Below, piece by piece: positions 20,743 to 29,265 of a stretch of DNA of 64,000 nt (positions are counted from its first letter, which is position 1; each line of letters begins with the position of its first letter). The DNA is taken from contig JAGVEX010000006.1 in NCBI GenBank assembly GCA_020057885.1, positions 23,850 through 87,849 on the forward strand. The letters are read 5' to 3'. This stretch comes from a bacterium. GTDB lineage: Bacteria; Patescibacteriota; Patescibacteriia; Veblenbacterales; UBA10138. Below the pieces are notes generated by a model. The model did not search any database. It was not told the origin of the DNA and saw only the letters and a program-made list of their open reading frames with translations. Position numbers and translations under genes: made by a program.

Positions 20743-20960
20743 CTCTAGAATTTTTAGCCAAGCATGCCCCGTACCGTCCGCCCGTGGCGGATTGGTACGT
20801 GAGTGGGAGTGAGGTGACTGTCCGCCGTAGTTTTAGCGAAGGAGGAGAACCCCTAGTTCTAGAACTTAGGGAGTGGTGGAAGCTGGGGAAGATGGTTAAA
20901 GAGGGGCAACTTAGCCCTATAGATGTTATATAGACCCTAGGTTGAGGTACTGCCAAGAGG
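20743..20960 (-). ncRNA. Candidate structured ncRNA or structured 3' UTR (GC-rich island), terminated by the hairpin at 20720-20742
   Basis: About 220-nt GC-rich segment with multiple stable helices (for example GTACCGTCCGCC-cgt-GGCGGATTGGTAC) between two AT-rich genes; the ORFs predicted here overlap on both strands. Confidence 0.25.
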
Positions 20961-21021
20961 GAGTAGAATATATCTATTAAAAAACATTAAATATATTTGT
21001 ATACTATTATTAGTTAATTAT

Positions 21022-21702
21022 TTATGGCTGTTCAGGCGCTTTGTACATTTCACTATTATAAGCATTTTCACATAATGCACGTTCCTCTGCTTCGTTTATT
21101 TTTGGGCAGATCGTGTCATTCACTTTAGCACAAGCTATCCATTTAGCTTGAGCGTCAGCAGAATTATCTGAATTATATTTTTCAGTACATGGTTTATCTA
21201 ATTCACCATCTCTAAAATTTCTATAACAGCTAGCTTTTTCTAGAATATTATCTTGTTTACTACATAAACCCAATAAAGAATAATTTTTATTCTGTGCCGC
21301 ATAGGTATATACATTTCTGATACACTCCTTAGTACTTCTTTCTACCCATTTTTGTTTATCTAATTCGGGTAAATTATTGTCGAATCCTTCCCCCCTTGTT
21401 GTTTGTAATTTACAAATATTTATATCGCCTTTAATAATGGCTACCTGACTCACGCAATAATTATAAAATCGCACTGCTGTACTGTTAAGTAACTCATCAC
21501 ATTGTTCTAATCCTCTTCCTTTGTCATAAGCAAAGCCAGCAAGGTTACTTACTGATAATATTTTATCTTTATCTACAGGTATCTCAATTTTATCTTTAGA
21601 CTCCACATATTGCGATGAAGTATTATTTTTGGATAAAGAACAACTCGCTCCCAACAGAATTAAGAATCCAGATAAAATTAAAAAGGTATAATATTTTCTC
21701 AT
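21022..21702 (-). CDS. Hypothetical Cys-rich lipoprotein
   Basis: Lipobox LLGASC; 14 Cys; no family recognised. Confidence 0.5.
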   Translation of the reverse strand: MRKYYTFLILSGFLILLGASCSLSKNNTSSQYVESKDKIEIPVDKDKILSVSNLAGFAYDKGRGLEQCDELLNSTAVRFYNYCVSQVAIIKGDINICKLQTTRGEGFDNNLPELDKQKWVERSTKECIRNVYTYAAQNKNYSLLGLCSKQDNILEKASCYRNFRDGELDKPCTEKYNSDNSADAQAKWIACAKVNDTICPKINEAEERALCENAYNSEMYKAPEQP

Positions 21703-21740
21703 ATATTTAAGTTAATAATGATGATTTAATTATATCACTA

Positions 21741-21768
21741 AAACAAAAAACCACCCTCATCAGGTGGT
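21741..21768 (-). terminator. Rho-independent terminator after tRNA-Glu (minus strand)
   Basis: Minus-strand CCACCTGATGAGGGTGG followed by TTTTTTGTTTT. Confidence 0.5.
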
Positions 21769-21777
21769 TGAAAGTGT

Positions 21778-21852
21778 TGGTAGCCCCACCGGGAATCGAA
21801 CCCGAATTCCCACATTGAAAGCGTGGTGTCCTAACCATTAGACGATGGGGCC
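21778..21852 (-). tRNA. tRNA-Glu (anticodon TTC) with encoded CCA
   Basis: Minus-strand GGCCCCATCGTCTAATGGTTAGGACACCACGCTTTCAATGTGGGAATTCGGGTTCGATTCCCGGTGGGGCTACCA; anticodon loop CTTTCAA; Glu-type D-loop. Confidence 0.85.
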
Positions 21853-21858
21853 AAATTT

Positions 21859-21975
21859 TGGTGGGCCGGTTAAAAAGCGTGGTGCTTGCCCTGTACTTCT
21901 GCCTCAGCGGATAGTGTTGTACCCTAACCATTACCCGTCTCCGCTTGAAGCTACGACGGGCAGGGACGATTGGGC
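21859..21975 (-). other. tRNA-like remnant or unresolved structured RNA upstream of tRNA-Glu
   Basis: Minus strand shares TAATGGTTAGG and CACCACGCTTT blocks with tRNA-Glu and ends GGCCCACCA 6 nt before tRNA-Glu, but no complete cloverleaf could be folded by eye. Confidence 0.2.
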
Positions 21976-22049
21976 CACAGTGTTGCTTATTGTAGTGTGA
22001 TATAAATTTTACGTCAAGGTGTACACTTGGTATACTAATTATATCATTT

Positions 22050-22496
22050 ATGTCCTCTATTTCACTTTTGAAACCAGACGGTGATTCGCCTCAGGAAATT
22101 TATTTATCAAACAACCCTAGTAATGTACCAGGGGTAGAGTGGTATTCGGGCGAGTACGAGGGGCAACTATCGGTTGACGTTTATCAAACCAAAGAAGCTT
22201 TGGTTATAAAATCAACTATTGCTGGCGTAAAGCTGGAGGATTTAGAAATAACGCTTAATAATGACGTGGTAACTATTCGTGGGAAACGTTACCAAGAAAC
22301 AGCAGTGGCACCGGAGGATTATTTTTACCAAGAGTGTTACTGGGGCGGTTTTTCGCGTTCCATTGTTTTGCCAGTGGAGGTAAAATCAGAAAAGGCGCAG
22401 GCGGCTCTTAAAAATGGCGTGCTCACTATAATTTTACCTAAAGCGGCTAAAGCCAAAATCGTATCAGTAAAAGTGCGAAATGAAGAGGAGGTTTAG
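22050..22496 (+). CDS. Hsp20/alpha-crystallin family small heat shock protein
   Basis: Alpha-crystallin-domain pattern: ...VDVYQTKEALVIKSTIAGVKLEDLEITLNNDVVTIRGKR...FSRSIVLPVEV...NGVLTIILPK. Confidence 0.85.
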   Translation: MSSISLLKPDGDSPQEIYLSNNPSNVPGVEWYSGEYEGQLSVDVYQTKEALVIKSTIAGVKLEDLEITLNNDVVTIRGKRYQETAVAPEDYFYQECYWGGFSRSIVLPVEVKSEKAQAALKNGVLTIILPKAAKAKIVSVKVRNEEEV

Positions 22497-22501
22497 GTTT
22501 T

Positions 22502-22723
22502 ATGTCAGCCAGCGTTTTAATAGTTACTATAGATAGGTTTGAGGGCGACAAAGCGGTTTTACATTTTGATGACGGGCAAGAGTTAGTAGTAGAGCGTAAT
22601 TTATTACCTCCACAAACACACGAAGGTGCTAAGTTATTTTTAGAGTTAAAAAATAATAATCTTGAATCTGATAAACGAGTAGAGGCTAGAAATTTATTAA
22701 TGGAGATTCTTCAAGGTAAATAA
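22502..22723 (+). CDS. DUF3006-like small protein
   Basis: 73 aa; IDRFEGDKAVLHFDDGQEL matches the DUF3006 signature. Confidence 0.5.
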   Translation: MSASVLIVTIDRFEGDKAVLHFDDGQELVVERNLLPPQTHEGAKLFLELKNNNLESDKRVEARNLLMEILQGK

Positions 22724-22726
22724 TTT

Positions 22727-24598
22727 ATGCTGTCTAAATCTAAGCACCAGAAAAAAAGATGGCTCTGGTGGCCTATTATAGTTATAGCGGCTTTGATTGT
22801 ATTAAGCGGCAGTGCTTTTATTTATCGCACTATTTATAATGGTAAAATTTTTCCTGGGGTTAAGGTTGGCGATGTATCTTTGGCTGGACTAACACCTTTA
22901 AAAGCGGAAGAAAATTTGCAATCTGCTTGGGATAAATTTGCTGAGGCAGGAATATTACTATCTGCTGACAAACAAAATATTATTTTAAAACCTATTATAG
23001 CCCCTGCTACCAATCCCGATTTAAGTTATGAGTTAGCTAGTTTTAAAGCAACTGATTCTGCCCAAGAGGCTTATGGGGTTGGCCGTCAGGGAAATTGGCT
23101 AAGACAATTAGTGGAACCGATTGCTGTGGCAGTTTATGGCAAAGAACTAAACCCTAAATTAGATATAGAGTTTGAACGCATTTGGCAATATTTGCGAGAA
23201 AGTTTATCTAGTTTTGGCAAGCAGGCCCAATCTGCGCGTTTGGTAATAGATGAAGCAGATAATATTAATGTTGAACCGGAAACTAATGGCTTGAGTATTA
23301 ATCGTGAAAAATTAAAAACTGAACTCGTACAAAGTTTTAATTCTTTGAGTGTGGCCAAACAGCCTATTGTGTTGGAGCTTAAAACAGCCAAACCGAGTCT
23401 CACAGAAAAAGAAGTTTTAAAAGTTTTGCCCCAAGCACGTGAACTACTTAAGGACCAAACCTTAGTTTTTAAATTTGAAGATTATAGCTGGAAAGCTGGT
23501 CCGGCCATATGGCATAAATGGTTAGAGGCGCGCGCAATGAATGGTGGTGTGGAAGTTGGTTTATCAATTGCTTTGTCGGAGGAATTTTTTGTTCCCATAT
23601 TAACTGCTATTAATCAGTCGGCACAGGATGCACGCTTTGAGTTAAAAGACGGGGTAGCAACTACTTTTGAACCAAGTCAGCCCGGTCGCGATGTAGACGA
23701 ATTAGCAACACTGAAAGCGGCTGAAGCCATAATACGAAGCGGTGGCAATGATTCTATTCCAATTACAGTTGCTATTACCGAACCTAAAATTAAAACTTCC
23801 GATGTTAATGATCTCGGGATTAAAGAAATTATCGGCGTGGGAAAGTCTAATTTTGCTGGTAGCCCTAAAAATCGTCGCCATAATATAAAAACGGGTGCCG
23901 ACAGACTTAATGGTGTGCTTATTCAACCAGATGAAGAATTTTCCCTTATTACAACTTTGGGCGAGATAGATGCCGAATCTGGTTATTTGCAAGAATTGGT
24001 TATTAAAGACAATAAAACTATTCCGGAGTTTGGCGGAGGTTTGTGCCAGATTGGTACCACTACTTTCCGAGTTGCTTTGGCTTCAGGTTTGCCTATTTTA
24101 GAACGTCGAAATCATTCTTACCGCGTGGTTTATTATGAGCCAGCCGGGACCGACGCTACTATTTATGATCCCAAGCCAGATTTGCGTTTTAAAAACGACA
24201 CTGGTAACGCTATTTTAATTAAGACTAAAATAAAGGGAGATGATTTGATTTTTGAATTTTGGGGCACTAAAGACGGTCGTGTAGTTGAACAAACTAAGCC
24301 ACAAATTTCTAATATTAAATCACCACCGCCAGGCAAAATAGTGGAAACAGAAAATCTAAAACCGGGTGAGAAAAAGTGTACCGAGAAAGCTCACAATGGT
24401 GCAGACGCGGAATTTACTTATACTGTAACTTATGTAGACGGTCGTCGCGTAGAGGAAGTATTTAAAAGTCATTATGTACCTTGGCAGGAAGTGTGTTTGG
24501 TAGGGGTGCCAAAGGGCACACTTCAACCTAGTAATGTTACAGGAGATGGTTCAGTAATTTTGCCTTTGCCTAATACATCCGTTCCAGTAGGAAATTAA
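22727..24598 (+). CDS. VanW-family protein (N-terminal TM anchor, VanW domain, C-terminal extension)
   Basis: GGGLCQIGTTTFRVALASGLPILERRNHSY is the VanW core motif. Confidence 0.7.
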   Translation: MLSKSKHQKKRWLWWPIIVIAALIVLSGSAFIYRTIYNGKIFPGVKVGDVSLAGLTPLKAEENLQSAWDKFAEAGILLSADKQNIILKPIIAPATNPDLSYELASFKATDSAQEAYGVGRQGNWLRQLVEPIAVAVYGKELNPKLDIEFERIWQYLRESLSSFGKQAQSARLVIDEADNINVEPETNGLSINREKLKTELVQSFNSLSVAKQPIVLELKTAKPSLTEKEVLKVLPQARELLKDQTLVFKFEDYSWKAGPAIWHKWLEARAMNGGVEVGLSIALSEEFFVPILTAINQSAQDARFELKDGVATTFEPSQPGRDVDELATLKAAEAIIRSGGNDSIPITVAITEPKIKTSDVNDLGIKEIIGVGKSNFAGSPKNRRHNIKTGADRLNGVLIQPDEEFSLITTLGEIDAESGYLQELVIKDNKTIPEFGGGLCQIGTTTFRVALASGLPILERRNHSYRVVYYEPAGTDATIYDPKPDLRFKNDTGNAILIKTKIKGDDLIFEFWGTKDGRVVEQTKPQISNIKSPPPGKIVETENLKPGEKKCTEKAHNGADAEFTYTVTYVDGRRVEEVFKSHYVPWQEVCLVGVPKGTLQPSNVTGDGSVILPLPNTSVPVGN

Positions 24599-24635
24599 TT
24601 ACATTTATTATCAGGAAAGATAATTATTAAAATTA

Positions 24636-24704
24636 GGGAAAAATAAGCAACCCCGCATAATCCGCCTTTGACGGATATCACGGGGCAAGTCGCTTATTTT
24701 TCCC
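24636..24704. terminator. Nested triple hairpin (13-bp outer stem) between convergent genes
   Basis: GGGAAAAATAAGC...GCTTATTTTTCCC outer stem enclosing CCCCG/CGGGG and ATCCG/CGGAT stems. Confidence 0.4.
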
Positions 24705-24784
24705 CTAATGTAGTATTTGGATAGAAAATAAAAAATAAAAAAGCCAACCATTTATACAGTTGGCTTTTATTGCGATGGAGATTT

Positions 24785-25207
24785 TTATATATGTGATCTT
24801 GCTCTTGGCCGCCTGGAGTTTGTTCGTGGCTTGTTGATTATTTTATAACTAATACTACTGCCATCTTGCCATATTCGTCGAAGTTTCATTTTTTCTTTAG
24901 GAAACAGGTTTAACAATATTTCTTCGAGTTCTATTTCTGGTGGTGGCCACTTTTCTATACTATGAAGAATAGTTTCTTGAGGATTTGCAAGATCATCTAC
25001 AAATAAAAATTTTGTAGGTATATCATGGCTCATAATGGCCATGGTTAAAAGTGTGGTTTTAGGAGAATCGGTTTCTCCTATAATTAACACACCGCCGTTG
25101 GGTGGTTTTTTTATATCTTGCTCGCCGTACCGGATAATTAATTCCTCTGGTTTTATTGATATTTTTTTATTGTTTGAATTAATAAAGAACCCATTTTTTG
25201 TTGGCAT
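24785..25207 (-). CDS. Hypothetical P-loop protein (HprK C-terminal-domain-like)
   Basis: GGVLIIGETDSPKTTLLTMAI P-loop resembling the HPr kinase C-terminal domain; about 140 aa. Confidence 0.4.
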   Translation of the reverse strand: MPTKNGFFINSNNKKISIKPEELIIRYGEQDIKKPPNGGVLIIGETDSPKTTLLTMAIMSHDIPTKFLFVDDLANPQETILHSIEKWPPPEIELEEILLNLFPKEKMKLRRIWQDGSSISYKIINKPRTNSRRPRARSHI

Positions 25208-25629
25208 TTTGTACTCCGTTTTGTTTAATTATGTTTACTTAGTTTTTAAGAGCTTAGCAAATAGTAGTTAATTGTCAAATTAAACTAAAATTAATTACCA
25301 AAGAATCAACCACCTCTTAGTAAGAGGTGGTTGAGTAATAAATTTTAATTAATTATACTTGTTGTGTAGTTACACCAAGAGGGGGTGGCAAGAAAATCTA
25401 TTCAGGATTATCCGAGCCTAAGCCAAGATATCCTATATTAGATTCCCATGCTTGTCGTGCCACCTCCTCTTGGGGTACCTAAACTCTTTATAAATAGCTT
25501 TTTAAATAGTAGTTATTTTTAGCTTGTTTCGCAGGGTTTAAGCAACCCTTAGTACGAAACATATAACATTAGCACAGGTTAAAAAACTTGTCAAGAGGTT
25601 GCTTAGAATGGTAGGCTAAGTGTGTATTT

Positions 25630-26667
25630 ATGCCTGAAATTACTAATAAATCAGCCCGTCTAATAACAAGTGAGGAGCAAGTTGAAGATAAGCAACTTGA
25701 TACCCAATTACGCCCCAAAACACTGTTGGAGTATGTTGGTCAAGAGCAGGTAAAGTCTAACTTACATATTTTTTTAGAAGCGGCACGACAACGTAAAGAG
25801 TCAATTGAGCATGTTCTTTTGTATGGTCCGCCTGGTTTAGGTAAAACAACTTTAGCGCACATTATTGCTCACGAAATGCACGCGCCAATTAAAGTAACTT
25901 CTGGTCCGGCTATTGAACGGGCGGGAGACTTGGCAGCTATTCTTACCAATCTCGAACCAGGGTGTATTTTATTTATTGATGAAATTCATCGCCTTAATAA
26001 AGTGATAGAAGAAGTGCTTTATCCGGCGATGGAGGAATATGCACTTGATTTGGTAATTGGCAAAGGTCCATCGGCGCGCACACTTCGTTTGGAGCTGCCG
26101 CGTTTTACTTTAATTGGTGCTACTACACGTTATCATTTGCTGTCGGGGCCACTTAGGAATCGTTTTGGTGCAACTTACAGATTAAATTTTTATAATCCAG
26201 CAGAAATGGCTCAAATTGTGGCCCGCTCAGCCAAACTTTTAAATTTGCCGCTGGATGAAGGCGCTACCAAGGAAATAGCTATTCGTTCGCGCGCTACACC
26301 TAGAGTTGCCAATCGGCTACTAAAGCGCGTGCGTGATTATGTGCAGGTAAAAGGCGGAGGTAAAGTTACAGCTGAGCTTGCCAAAGCCGCACTTGATCAA
26401 TTGGCAGTTGATCCAGTTGGTTTGGATGATTTGGATAGGCAAATTTTGCGTGTAATAATTGAGAAATTTAAAGGCGGTCCAGTAGGATTAAATTCCGTGG
26501 CGGCGGCTTTGCAGGAGGAAATGGGTACAATTGAAGAAATTTATGAGCCATTTTTAATGCAATTAGGCTTTTTGGCCCGCACACCGCGCGGTCGCGTAGT
26601 TACCGAAGCGGCTTATGAGCATTTAGGTATGAAGCCGCCGATTCAAAAACAAACCAGTTTGGTGTAA
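25630..26667 (+). CDS. ruvB: Holliday junction branch migration ATPase RuvB
   Basis: [16 protein letters not shown]...[23 protein letters not shown]...[12 protein letters not shown]+ motifs plus C-terminal winged helix. Confidence 0.9.
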   Translation: MPEITNKSARLITSEEQVEDKQLDTQLRPKTLLEYVGQEQVKSNLHIFLEAARQRKESIEHVLLYGPPGLGKTTLAHIIAHEMHAPIKVTSGPAIERAGDLAAILTNLEPGCILFIDEIHRLNKVIEEVLYPAMEEYALDLVIGKGPSARTLRLELPRFTLIGATTRYHLLSGPLRNRFGATYRLNFYNPAEMAQIVARSAKLLNLPLDEGATKEIAIRSRATPRVANRLLKRVRDYVQVKGGGKVTAELAKAALDQLAVDPVGLDDLDRQILRVIIEKFKGGPVGLNSVAAALQEEMGTIEEIYEPFLMQLGFLARTPRGRVVTEAAYEHLGMKPPIQKQTSLV

Positions 26668-26759
26668 TGTATTATTTTTCATTTGGTTGCTTTAGCAACC
26701 ACCCCGCTTATAAGCGGGGTCAAAGTCAAACTTTGATTTTTGCATTTTACATTTGAAAC

Positions 26760-27011
26760 ATGCCCATTCCATTTATTGCTTTTTTAGGACTTTATTTAAT
26801 AGCAGTTTTTATAGTGTTACTTTTTGGTATTTCTAGTTTGTATCATTTGTTGCGTTTTGGTTTTTTTTCGCCCACCTCTATTACCATGACTTTTATTATG
26901 CTCGCCGGTACCGCCTTGCTAATGTTTATTTCCTATCGTTTACTAATAGTGTTTGATTGGAGCCAATCATTTGACGTGTGGGTATTTATTATTAGCCTTA
27001 AACCTTTTTAA
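26760..27011 (+). CDS. Hypothetical small membrane protein (2-3 TM)
   Basis: Hydrophobic; located immediately upstream of a bPH_2-type protein (YdbS/YdbT-like pairing). Confidence 0.4.
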   Translation: MPIPFIAFLGLYLIAVFIVLLFGISSLYHLLRFGFFSPTSITMTFIMLAGTALLMFISYRLLIVFDWSQSFDVWVFIISLKPF

Positions 27012-27014
27012 TTT

Positions 27015-27575
27015 ATGTGGCTTGGTCGTGTTTTGCCTTCACCATTACCTAATGAGCGCATAGTATTTATTTTGCGCCGCCATTGGTTTGTGTTTGCCCA
27101 AAAAGTAATTTGGTATGTTATTTTGTTTGCTTGGCCAATTTTAGCGCGCTACGTTATTTTAAATTTTTTCCCGCAAATTTTAGAAAAGATTTTTAGCGGC
27201 GGCGTACTTGAAGCCTTAATGCGGCTCGGGGTTAGTTTGTATTATTTGGCGATTTGGTTGTTTTTTTGGAGTGCCTGGACAGATTATTACTTAGACGTCT
27301 GGGTAGTTACCACCGAGCGTATTGTTTCTTTGGAACAGCGCGGATTGTTTAATCGCGAGGTAGCTGAGCTTAGGCTCTCGCGCGTACAAAACGTTTCTGC
27401 CAAAGTTCGCGGTTTGGTTAACACAATGTTAGATTTTGGCGAAGTGGAAATAGAAACAGCCGGCGAACAATCAGAAACGCTTTTTGGTTTTCATCAAATA
27501 CCACATCCTTACCAAATTTCCGAAAAGATTATGCATTTAACTGATGATTGGCGGCACACACACCAACAAGTTTAG
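27015..27575 (+). CDS. Bacterial PH-domain (bPH_2/DUF304-like) membrane protein
   Basis: ERIVFILRRHWFVF followed by two TM helices and a PH-like C-terminal domain. Confidence 0.5.
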   Translation: MWLGRVLPSPLPNERIVFILRRHWFVFAQKVIWYVILFAWPILARYVILNFFPQILEKIFSGGVLEALMRLGVSLYYLAIWLFFWSAWTDYYLDVWVVTTERIVSLEQRGLFNREVAELRLSRVQNVSAKVRGLVNTMLDFGEVEIETAGEQSETLFGFHQIPHPYQISEKIMHLTDDWRHTHQQV

Positions 27576-27599
27576 AGTTAAATTTTGCACCGCCACCCC

Positions 27600-27666
27600 T
27601 TGACACAAAACCTCGTTAGTGCTAACATATTCAAGTTAAAAACCCTCAAATTTGAGGGTTTTTTGT
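27600..27666 (+). promoter_or_regulatory. Promoter-like TTGACA-17-TAACAT followed 12 nt later by a terminator hairpin
   Basis: AAACCCTCAAATTTGAGGGTTTTTT hairpin directly downstream of the promoter-like element. Confidence 0.3.
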
Positions 27667-27679
27667 TAAAGAAATTACT

Positions 27680-28153
27680 ATGTTTTATAAGCTCAAATTC
27701 AATTATCTTAAGCATTTAAAGAATTTATTATTTGTTGCCTCGCTTTGTTTGGTGGTGGAAGCCATGTTCCCTCAAATAGTTTTGGCACAAACAATAATGT
27801 CCTATGTTAACAGTGATGCCGTAAATATGGTTGACCGTTTTCCAGTTGCGGAAAAGCGTTCAGCGCGTTATTTTACGCACGTACCAACAACCGCTTACTC
27901 TTCTACTCCCGACCAGACAGATGATACACCTTTCATTACTGCCAGCGGAACCACTGTACGGGCTGGCGTAGTGGCGGCTAATTTTTTGCCGATTGGCACC
28001 CGCTTGCGGATTCCCGATTATTATGGTGATACAATTTTTGTGGTGGAGGATCGTATGAACGAACGCTATGACAAAAGACTTGATATTTGGATGGAGACAC
28101 GTGAACAGGCCATAATCTGGGGTCTGAGATATGTAGCAATTGAAGTATTGTAA
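27680..28153 (+). CDS. 3D-domain (MltA-like, Asp-rich) cell-wall-associated protein
   Basis: Signal peptide; C-terminal GTTVRAGVVAANFLPIGTRLRIPDYYGDTIFVVEDRMNERYDKRLDIWM fits the 3D domain. Confidence 0.6.
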   Translation: MFYKLKFNYLKHLKNLLFVASLCLVVEAMFPQIVLAQTIMSYVNSDAVNMVDRFPVAEKRSARYFTHVPTTAYSSTPDQTDDTPFITASGTTVRAGVVAANFLPIGTRLRIPDYYGDTIFVVEDRMNERYDKRLDIWMETREQAIIWGLRYVAIEVL

Positions 28154-28199
28154 CGTTATGTTTTCCCCTCCGTCGTATTAGTACAGGAGGGGAAAATTT

Positions 28200-28568
28200 A
28201 TGCCAATACTTCTCTACAATTCATCAACGTTACTGTCAAGCTTACTAATGCTGGTGGTTTTATTAAAGATGGCAACCACAGAAGTTTCCAATATATTAAA
28301 ATATCAAGATGTAACATTTGATTTGTCACCTGAGCGTGTTATTACAAATTTAATACAGATAACCAAGGCTGAGAAGGTAGAGCACGAAAGAGAAAAACGT
28401 GAATATGATACGCACACTGAAGAAGTTAAATTGATAGCTGAGTGGCGTACTTATAAAATTACCCCGACAATTATCTTTCGTGGCCAGCGGGGGGAGAATA
28501 GAAACTTTAACTTAGCTCATTCTTGGTCTCACCGTATGTATAATTATCAACCGTTAAATATTATTTAG
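28200..28568 (+). CDS. Hypothetical protein with N-terminal TM segment
   Basis: ORF only; no family recognised. Confidence 0.35.
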   Translation: MPILLYNSSTLLSSLLMLVVLLKMATTEVSNILKYQDVTFDLSPERVITNLIQITKAEKVEHEREKREYDTHTEEVKLIAEWRTYKITPTIIFRGQRGENRNFNLAHSWSHRMYNYQPLNII

Positions 28569-28726
28569 TGATTAATATAACCCCGCGGCCGTGGGGTGGC
28601 TGGAATCGGGAAGGTAAACACAGAACACAAACTGGGCAAGAGCCCAGTTTGTGTTATTTGCCCTGAGGGCTATTTTTTGGTAGAGTATTGTTTGCTATAA
28701 TCTACTATAATAAATATAAGTGGCCT

Positions 28727-28823
28727 GGTAGCTCATCACTCCGCGAGACCTAGCGTAGCTACGGCAAGCAGTAAGGCAGAGGTCTGTCCCGCTACGCGGG
28801 ATCTGGCGTAGCCATGACAAAAC
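28727..28823. repeat. Two tandem units (type A then type B) of a roughly 45-nt two-hairpin repeat, upstream of the GIY-YIG ORF
   Basis: U1 tcactccgcgagacc-TAGCgtaGCTA-cggcaa; U2 ggtctgtcccgctacgcgggatc-TGGCgtaGCCA-tgacaaaac; related units occur at 29166-29265. Confidence 0.6.
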
Positions 28824-28831
28824 TATTGTTT

Positions 28832-29086
28832 ATGAAGTATTACGTCTACATTTTAGTTAGTCTGGCAAATGATGATATTTATGTAGGTAGTACAGCCGAT
28901 GTTCAAGTTCGCCTTCACTTACATAATCAAGGTAAGGTAAAATCTACTAAAGGATATCGCCCTTGGCGTTTATTGGAGTATTATGAGTATATAACACGTG
29001 CTGAAGCAGTTAAAGCTGAACGGTTTTATAAATCTCATCACCAAAAAGAAATATTAAAAAATAAATATGGCCATGTGGTGAAGTAG
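28832..29086 (+). CDS. GIY-YIG nuclease family protein (small standalone, UPF0213/YhbQ-like)
   Basis: MKYYVYILVSLANDDIYVGSTADVQVRLHLHNQGK...RPW.L: GIY-YIG motifs; the ORF 3' end (last 18 nt including the stop) overlaps the 5' end of tRNA-Cys; the ORF track starts at 28814. Confidence 0.7.
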   Translation: MKYYVYILVSLANDDIYVGSTADVQVRLHLHNQGKVKSTKGYRPWRLLEYYEYITRAEAVKAERFYKSHHQKEILKNKYGHVVK

Positions 29087-29145
29087 TCTAACACGGCGGT
29101 CTGCAAAACCGCTATTCGCGGGTGCGAATCCCGCCATGGCCTCCA
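29069..29145 (+). tRNA. tRNA-Cys (anticodon GCA) with encoded CCA
   Basis: GGCCATGTGGTGAAGTAGTCTAACACGGCGGTCTGCAAAACCGCTATTCGCGGGTGCGAATCCCGCCATGGCCTCCA; acceptor GGCCATG/CATGGCC; anticodon stem GCGGT/ACCGC with loop CTGCAAA; T-arm GCGGG/CCCGC. Confidence 0.85.
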
Positions 29146-29165
29146 AGTAGTTAAAAATAATAGAT

Positions 29166-29265
29166 GGTCTGTCCCGCTACGTGGGATCTCCCGTAGGGAC
29201 GACAAAACCTCTATACATGGGTGTCTCACTCCGCGAGATCTGGCGTAGCCACGACAATTTTCTTG
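29166..29265. repeat. Two further units (type B then type A) of the two-hairpin repeat, downstream of tRNA-Cys
   Basis: U3 ggtctgtcccgctacgtgggatc-TCCCgtaGGGA-cgacaaaacc; U4 tctcactccgcgagatc-TGGCgtaGCCA-cgacaatttt; the 4-bp stem of the GTA-loop hairpin varies with compensatory changes. Confidence 0.6.

Noticed and set aside
20732-20956. Overlapping ORFs 20739-20933 (plus) and 20732-20956 (minus) in the GC-rich island
   Set aside because: Mutually overlapping on opposite strands, no RBS, low-complexity Pro/Gly/Arg products; region better explained as structured RNA.
21707-21931. ORF 21707-21931 (minus)
   Set aside because: Overlaps tRNA-Glu and its terminator.
28727-29265. Possibility that the repeat units around tRNA-Cys form a CRISPR array
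   Set aside because: Only 2+2 units, not identical, no uniform-length spacers, no cas genes nearby; better described as a structured dispersed repeat.
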